Positions 42,201 to 46,421 of a DNA stretch of 46,421 nt are shown in pieces. The translations under genes were made by a program, and so were the position numbers. Origin of the DNA: Alloprevotella sp. (GTDB lineage: Bacteria; Bacteroidota; Bacteroidia; Bacteroidales; Bacteroidaceae); NCBI GenBank assembly GCA_017543785.1, contig JAFYFI010000127.1:1-46421 (forward strand). Reading direction: 5' to 3'. The notes beneath the pieces are model-generated. The model did not search any database. It saw nothing but the letters and a program-made list of their open reading frames with translations, and was not told the DNA's origin. Position 1 is the stretch's first letter. Each line of letters opens with the position of its first letter.

Positions 42201-43580
42201 GATAGCAGGTATTACATCTCGTTCTACGAGCTCGCGCAGTTTCTGGTCGGTAGGAACGATGTTCTTTGCACTGAGAAGTGGCAGAAGTGCGTTGGAGGAG
42301 GAGTTTGAAACGCGACCGTAGCCACCGCTCTCCATGTATATTGCAGCCTCGCCCTGATAGTCGTTCACCATTCCCTGGTAGGTGTCGCCACGCGCACAAT
42401 TGCCGCTACCGCCATCGGTATGTCCAAACCAGAAGGAGTTGCGGTTGTGCCACTTTCCGCTTTGCATGGCTTTTGTAAAGATGCGTCTGTAGTAGGCCTT
42501 ATGTGCCTTATTGCCCTGTGAGTTGTTACCGCGCGTGTATTCTTCGAGGAAAGCATTGGAGGGGTCAACGTAGGTGCTGGCATTGGCAGAGCGCATAGTG
42601 CCTATGTATTTCCAGTCGTCATCTACGTCCTCTGCCTTATACCAGGCTGAGAGCAGGGTGTTATTAAACTTCGTGCCGTCGTTGAGCAAGATTTGTTCTG
42701 GGCGGCTGTTGACGAGGAATTTCACCCACTTACCAGCCTTCCAGAGCCTACCGTTGAGGATGATGTGCGTTCCTGTGCCTTCGCCGCCAAAGCGTTCGGC
42801 TGTCACGCGGTCGGCAGTGCCTGTATTGATAATGCCACTACGTTTGAAGTCGGCAAGGTTGGGGTCGGAGTCGGTATCGCCATTATCCCATGAGGAGAAG
42901 ATTATTGTCCTGCCGTCAAGGGCTCCGTTTCCGCCATTGTTCTGTATTCCCATATATCCTTTTGCCTCGCCGCCCCAGCCAAAGCTCTCCACGTAGGTGC
43001 CGAGGAAGTCGGCATTCTCGGGTATCAGCACTTCGTCGTATGCCCAGTCGAAAGCCTCGCCTGTGGGCATGGTATCGTCTGTTGACTGAAATCCGTTGAG
43101 GTGGAGCGAGGGTATGGAACGCCAATCGGCAAGGAACACGTTGGAATTGATACCCGACACGGTCTCGCTGGTCTGCGTAACCACAAAGTCGCGTATCGTT
43201 GTGCCTTGGGTGCCTCCTGTGAGTTTGAGTCGGTACCACGACTCTTTGGGGCAGACGAGCGTAAAGCTGCGGGCGTCGGCTTCGTTGACGCGTGTAGTCT
43301 CGTGGTTCATCTCCACCATCGTAGCAAGTACGTTGGAGGCATTAGACGAGGTTATCTGGAAACTGCCTTTCGGGAAATGGATGTAATAGGTAGGGACCAG
43401 ACCTTCAGAGGGCCATGTGGTGCTATAGTTCACCTGATGTTGTGACTCGCCTGACGCCATCTCAAAATATCCTCCGCGCGAGCCGCTTGGAGTGACGGAG
43501 ATAGTCCACGAGTTCTGTCCTGCCATTACTCCTGCAATAGTCAAAAAAGCCAGCAGGAAAAAGGAACGTAGTTTTTTCAT
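39246..43580 (-). CDS. Secreted multidomain protein: DUF3472-like domain + F5/8 type C (discoidin/CBM32-like) + trefoil-like module + C-terminal module with T9SS-type tail
   Basis: Signal peptide. GYMGIQNN..RTIIFSSWD..FGGEGTG..W..G.W..F..SAWY..WKYIGT..FLE pattern (DUF3472-like). WTVTAFSSQETSGEG..IDGDPTTYWHS..AIHEI (F5/8). Tail VYDLQGRRV..GVYIINGKKI. Confidence 0.75.
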   Translation of the reverse strand: MKKLRSFFLLAFLTIAGVMAGQNSWTISVTPSGSRGGYFEMASGESQHQVNYSTTWPSEGLVPTYYIHFPKGSFQITSSNASNVLATMVEMNHETTRVNEADARSFTLVCPKESWYRLKLTGGTQGTTIRDFVVTQTSETVSGINSNVFLADWRSIPSLHLNGFQSTDDTMPTGEAFDWAYDEVLIPENADFLGTYVESFGWGGEAKGYMGIQNNGGNGALDGRTIIFSSWDNGDTDSDPNLADFKRSGIINTGTADRVTAERFGGEGTGTHIILNGRLWKAGKWVKFLVNSRPEQILLNDGTKFNNTLLSAWYKAEDVDDDWKYIGTMRSANASTYVDPSNAFLEEYTRGNNSQGNKAHKAYYRRIFTKAMQSGKWHNRNSFWFGHTDGGSGNCARGDTYQGMVNDYQGEAAIYMESGGYGRVSNSSSNALLPLLSAKNIVPTDQKLRELVERDVIPAIQLQDEQRMEIALKNSLVQLDQTEWTVTAFSSQETSGEGTNGRASQTIDGDPTTYWHSAWQSGSSNYTHSLTLKHTDGTKANIDKISINYGSRGSNYRAKNVTVRISDGGSIWRTVGTFELEDAAIQTIDLGSTVSSVNLKLDFTTPQVVGQRYMAIHEITFLGKSLEGIKALAAKYLSTADQFNGYSTADLANLKAVSENPESTYDDYQQALIALSQNGKVLKYSDITKLVSLSAERAYVIRNKHGLGDIVATSTDATAPTLRNGDRSYYEANSKPNADAYCSSAGITQPTTNWMIVQAKGADEGYYYIYNIGIGKYLSVATSGIENTFSETPTAFQIARTSDYFTIRRRNAQYGSSGTAGAYLSAQPQNGEDTALGRSAVSDNGAQWLIYDNYSLTPEEDMVWDVRIDAGLRSSSERTGDKEYLPVTWIIKDANGNEVYRVGPTMHEYGSTITKLPSEVSVFKNRFISFLGEENLSIVVEQARDVNLVYRWNGPFSLSSGNSIKYYDLKFPNSNKYLSASGSSPYKLTDNRAGNAYRWFFQGDPFRGITIHPATSPSKGLQATNLNLNGTAGPSLTTTPTAFEFYKWNPEDPEDMSFCIRVPEANYFLNNYQLKNKLYYWSSGVGDANSRIEAEELFPADGYYRLASMGNPANWLTVSDDGTRLTTLSGANIAIGSQLAYADPSTIWRITEQSDLTYQLSARGVYAKSQTLRDTAIPTSADKSGAYGCRLRRMADDTWTIQFGPGENDYLVNSEEHKSSTAAAGVVTGSVEENGNNSHWYIFDAQDYYLPLAQTDDNGATYAAAYLPFGYSVPSEVSAYTVTVNNDDETAEAHKLKNDVPAQTGVVICSPEGSENVLLTLTTNPRTILDASLFSANQLTGACVDVAGSDEDFALVFSSGNAAFYPIEAVLSEGKIPSYTAYLPSSIVPEGAAVLPLLRDDVATQIEKVELDVQPTDRVYDLQGRRVVEPKHGVYIINGKKIIR

Positions 43581-43624
43581 TGGTATATTGTTATGATTTT
43601 TGTCTTCAGAAAATGATGTTTCGC

Positions 43625-43632
43625 CAAAGGTA
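43625..43632 (-). promoter_or_regulatory. -7 promoter box (TACCTTTG) for the 1444-aa gene
   Basis: TAnnTTTG match 44 nt upstream of the ATG. Confidence 0.65.
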
Positions 43633-43728
43633 TGGAAAATAATTTGGAAAAGGTGGTGCAGGCAAAAGTTTTTTGGATTTCCAAAAAATATGTTTTCAGG
43701 CGTTGTTTTCGGAGTGGTATTGCTTTTT

Positions 43729-45294
43729 TCAAGAAATGCCTAAATATTTAGCCACAGCCTCAGCGCAGCGCTCGCCGTCGATGGCTGCCGAGACTATACC
43801 GCCGGCATAGCCTGCTCCTTCGCCACAGGGGAAGAGCCCGTCGAGCGAGGGCGACAACAGCGACATAGGGTCGCGCAAAATGCGCAGAGGTGCTGAGGTA
43901 CGCGTCTCCACACCTATGACGGTTGCTTCGCGCGTAAGGAATCCATGACTGCTCCTTCCAAAGGCGCGGAAGGCTTCCTGCAAACGCGAGGCTATATCCC
44001 TGGGCAGCCAGAAATGGAGCGGAGAAGCCAACAGCCCGGGAGTGTAGCTGCTCGGTGGGAGGTCGCTGCTGAGTCTGCCGTTGACGAAGTCTGTCATGCG
44101 TTGTGCCGGCGCAGTCTGACGCCTACCGCCCTGCTGCCATGCCAACCGCTCCAGTTGTTCCTGAAAATCCATGACACGCATCACCGCCGGGGTGCCTTCC
44201 CTGACTTCAACATGCTCGGGCAGCACTTCCACTACCATGCCGCTGTTGCTCCAGCGTCCGTTTCGGCTTGCAGGGCTCATGCCGTTCACTACTACCTGCT
44301 CTGGGCCGCTGGCAGCCGGCACCACTACCCCACCGGGACACATGCAGAAAGAATATACTCCCCGGCCGTCAACCTGTCGGGTGTAGGTATATTCGGCTGA
44401 AGGCAAAAAGCGCCCTCGTCCATTGCGGCTATGATACTGCAGGCTGTCGATGAGCTGAGAAGGATGTTCCAGGCGCACTCCTACGGCAATGCCTTTTGCC
44501 TCCATACTTATACCCATAGTGTGAAGGTTTCGGTAAACGTCGCGTGCACTGTGGCCCGTAGCCAGAATGACGGGACCCATGAAACTCTCTCCGTTGGCTG
44601 CAACACAGCCCACCACCTTCCCGCTTTCGGTGAGCAGGCGGTCAACGCGAGTTTGGAAGTGTACTTCTCCGCCGCTAGCAATAATCTGCTGCCTCATCTT
44701 TTCTATGACGGCAGGCAAGCGGTCGGTTCCTATGTGTGGGTGAGCGTCGATGAGGATTTCCGTGGATGCCCCGTGCTGACAGAACACACGGAGTATCTTG
44801 TCCACATTGCCGCGTTTCTTGGAGCGTGTATATAGTTTTCCGTCGCTATATGCTCCTGCCCCACCCTCGCCAAAGCTATAGTTGCTCTCCGGGTTCACGT
44901 TGTGGGCTCTGGAAATCTGCGCCAGGTCGCGCTTGCGCTCGTGTACGTCTTTGCCACGCTCCAGCACAATGGGACAGAGCCCGAGCTCTATGAGGCGCAA
45001 CGCGGCAAACAGTCCGCCGGGACCAGCACCTACGACTATCACCCTCTGACCTTGCTCCACATTGGGATAAGCCACTGGCTCGTAGTCGAGCTGAGGGGCA
45101 TGCTCGCCGATATATACATCTGCCGAGATATTCACCATCACTCTGCGCTGACGTGCGTCGATGCTGCGGCGACGGATTCGGAACTCGGTTATTTCACGCT
45201 GTGACACACCTAAGCTCTGAGCTATACTCTCGCGCAACAGGGTTGTCTGATAGGCTTCCTCAGGACGAAGGCGAAGTTGGATTTGTTTTTGCAT
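43729..45294 (-). CDS. NAD(P)/FAD-dependent oxidoreductase (conserved uncharacterised family)
   Basis: VVGAGPGGLFAA, FGEGGAGAYSDGKL, HPHIGTD, LATGHSARD, YSFCMCPGG, VVNGMS, GVETRTS, GEGAGYAGGIVSAAIDG. Confidence 0.9.
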   Translation of the reverse strand: MQKQIQLRLRPEEAYQTTLLRESIAQSLGVSQREITEFRIRRRSIDARQRRVMVNISADVYIGEHAPQLDYEPVAYPNVEQGQRVIVVGAGPGGLFAALRLIELGLCPIVLERGKDVHERKRDLAQISRAHNVNPESNYSFGEGGAGAYSDGKLYTRSKKRGNVDKILRVFCQHGASTEILIDAHPHIGTDRLPAVIEKMRQQIIASGGEVHFQTRVDRLLTESGKVVGCVAANGESFMGPVILATGHSARDVYRNLHTMGISMEAKGIAVGVRLEHPSQLIDSLQYHSRNGRGRFLPSAEYTYTRQVDGRGVYSFCMCPGGVVVPAASGPEQVVVNGMSPASRNGRWSNSGMVVEVLPEHVEVREGTPAVMRVMDFQEQLERLAWQQGGRRQTAPAQRMTDFVNGRLSSDLPPSSYTPGLLASPLHFWLPRDIASRLQEAFRAFGRSSHGFLTREATVIGVETRTSAPLRILRDPMSLLSPSLDGLFPCGEGAGYAGGIVSAAIDGERCAEAVAKYLGIS

Positions 45295-45302
45295 ATCGTT
45301 GA

Positions 45303-45366
45303 CAAAGATAAAATAAAAGCAACGAACTGAAGGCTTTTGTGGTGCTGTATCTTTTGACTATCTTTG
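45303..45366. promoter_or_regulatory. Divergent -7 promoter boxes (TATCTTTG on - at 45303-45310; TATCTTTG on + at 45359-45366)
   Basis: Two consensus matches facing the FAD oxidoreductase and mgtC-like genes respectively. Confidence 0.65.
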
Positions 45367-45420
45367 CAAAGAGATTGACAAAGGCATCTTCAAACAAACT
45401 TCATCATACACTTTTCCTTT

Positions 45421-45888
45421 ATGACCTGGGAACTCATTCTACGCATCTTCCTTGCAGCCTTTCTCGGAGGCGCCATCGGACTGGAACGCGAATCTCGCGC
45501 CAAGGAAGCTGGTTTTCGCACACACTTCCTTGTAGCTCTTGGTTCGGCTCTGTTCATGATTGTGTCTGCCTATGGCTTTTCCGACGCCATGAACATGCCG
45601 GAGCAGCGCTGGGACGTTTCGCGTGTGGCTGCTCAGGTAGTCAGCGGCATAGGCTTCATCGGTGCAGGCACCATCATCTTCCGCAAGAGCGACAACGTGC
45701 TGAGCGGACTCACTACGGCTGCAGGCATCTGGGTGACGGCAGCCATCGGACTGGCATGTGGCGGCGGTATGTATGCCATATCCATAGCTGCTACCTTCCT
45801 CGTACTGGCAGGGTTGGAGGCGTTTAACTTCATACAGCACTGGATGGACCTGCACCCCGGAAAGAACAACAAGGAAGATTTTTCATAA
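45421..45888 (+). CDS. MgtC/SapB-family membrane protein (short form)
   Basis: GGAIGLERE, AGFRTHFLVALGS, SRVAAQVVSGIGFIGAGTI, GLTTAAGIWVTAAIGLACG. Confidence 0.92.
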   Translation: MTWELILRIFLAAFLGGAIGLERESRAKEAGFRTHFLVALGSALFMIVSAYGFSDAMNMPEQRWDVSRVAAQVVSGIGFIGAGTIIFRKSDNVLSGLTTAAGIWVTAAIGLACGGGMYAISIAATFLVLAGLEAFNFIQHWMDLHPGKNNKEDFS

Positions 45889-46279
45889 AAACATATTGCT
45901 GCCCTAAAGCCTGGGAAGCTCCAATTGTCAAAATCCCTTATCCGCGACCCCCTGTTTTTGAGCTCTAAAAACGGGCATAAAAATCATCTCCGAAATTTTT
46001 GGTCCGAAAAATGCCCGTTTTTCGCATTTTGCGGAAAGGTCTGTTTCATACAGGAAAAACTAAGAAAGATATGGGTACAAATAAGCACAAACTATGGGAT
46101 GTTGACGAGTAACTCTTTGCATCCATGAAAGGTAACTATGTTTCTTGAAATCATGGGCAGCTAAGCGTGGATTACTGACAGAGGATGCTGTAATCTATGC
46201 CATTGGGGTCGAGCCTGCTCACGCTCGGCTTTCCTGAAAGCATGGAAAAAAACGATAATATCAAAAGAATAGAATAACA

Positions 46280-46421
46280 ATGGAAACAAATCGCATTATA
46301 TTACGCCCTTGGCGCGACAGCGATGCGGAAGTGCTGTACAAATGGGCTTCCGATCCTGATGTAGGTCCTCGTGCAGGATGGGCACCCCACAAGAGTGTGG
46401 AGGAGAGCCACGAGATTATCC
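46280..46421 (+). CDS. GNAT (RimJ/RimL-like) N-acetyltransferase, 5' part only; runs off the window
   Basis: Hand translation METNRIILRPWRDSDAEVLYKWASDPDVGPRAGWAPHKSVEESHEII; the ET.R..LRPW..D..L..DP.VGP.AGW.PH.S pattern is typical of this family. Confidence 0.8.
   Translation, partial: METNRIILRPWRDSDAEVLYKWASDPDVGPRAGWAPHKSVEESHEII

Noticed and set aside
29234-43580. Classical polysaccharide utilisation locus or polymorphic toxin locus
   Set aside because: No SusC/SusD pair or hybrid two-component system, and no immunity-like small genes; variation is N-terminal and the recognisable domains are hydrolases.

Overview
A 46.4-kb chromosomal segment from a Bacteroidales organism, probably Prevotellaceae-like. 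This rests on TAnnTTTG -7 promoter boxes before most genes, a type III glutamine synthetase and Prevotella-type C-terminal secretion tails. The left two-thirds is mostly housekeeping: GH2 beta-galactosidase, an atypical ArgR, HAD phosphatase, tdk, ABC ATPase-menA, tRNA-His, folD, aguB/aguA, 5'-nucleotidase, GS-III, YidE transporter, YugP-type peptidase, recQ/recJ, M48 peptidase, GHL10, an internally deleted thrA, a nucleotidyltransferase and an esterase. The notable accessory locus is 29.2-43.6 kb. It holds a ~2940-aa secreted protein fusing an M60-like metallopeptidase to a GH95 alpha-fucosidase with multiple beta-trefoil-like modules, a divergent AraC regulator, and a 1444-aa DUF3472-like/F5-8 protein. 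The two large proteins share a homologous ~555-aa C-terminal 'chassis' but carry unrelated N-terminal payloads. Non-coding oddities include a ~400-bp promoter-containing segment upstream of recJ bounded by ~31-bp inverted repeats, a 22-bp-period palindromic array, a loop-less 46-bp palindrome at the tRNA-His 3' end, and a 40-codon in-frame tail behind the beta-galactosidase stop. No CRISPR array, integrase, transposase or prophage gene was seen. All family assignments are by motif recognition only; no searches were run.
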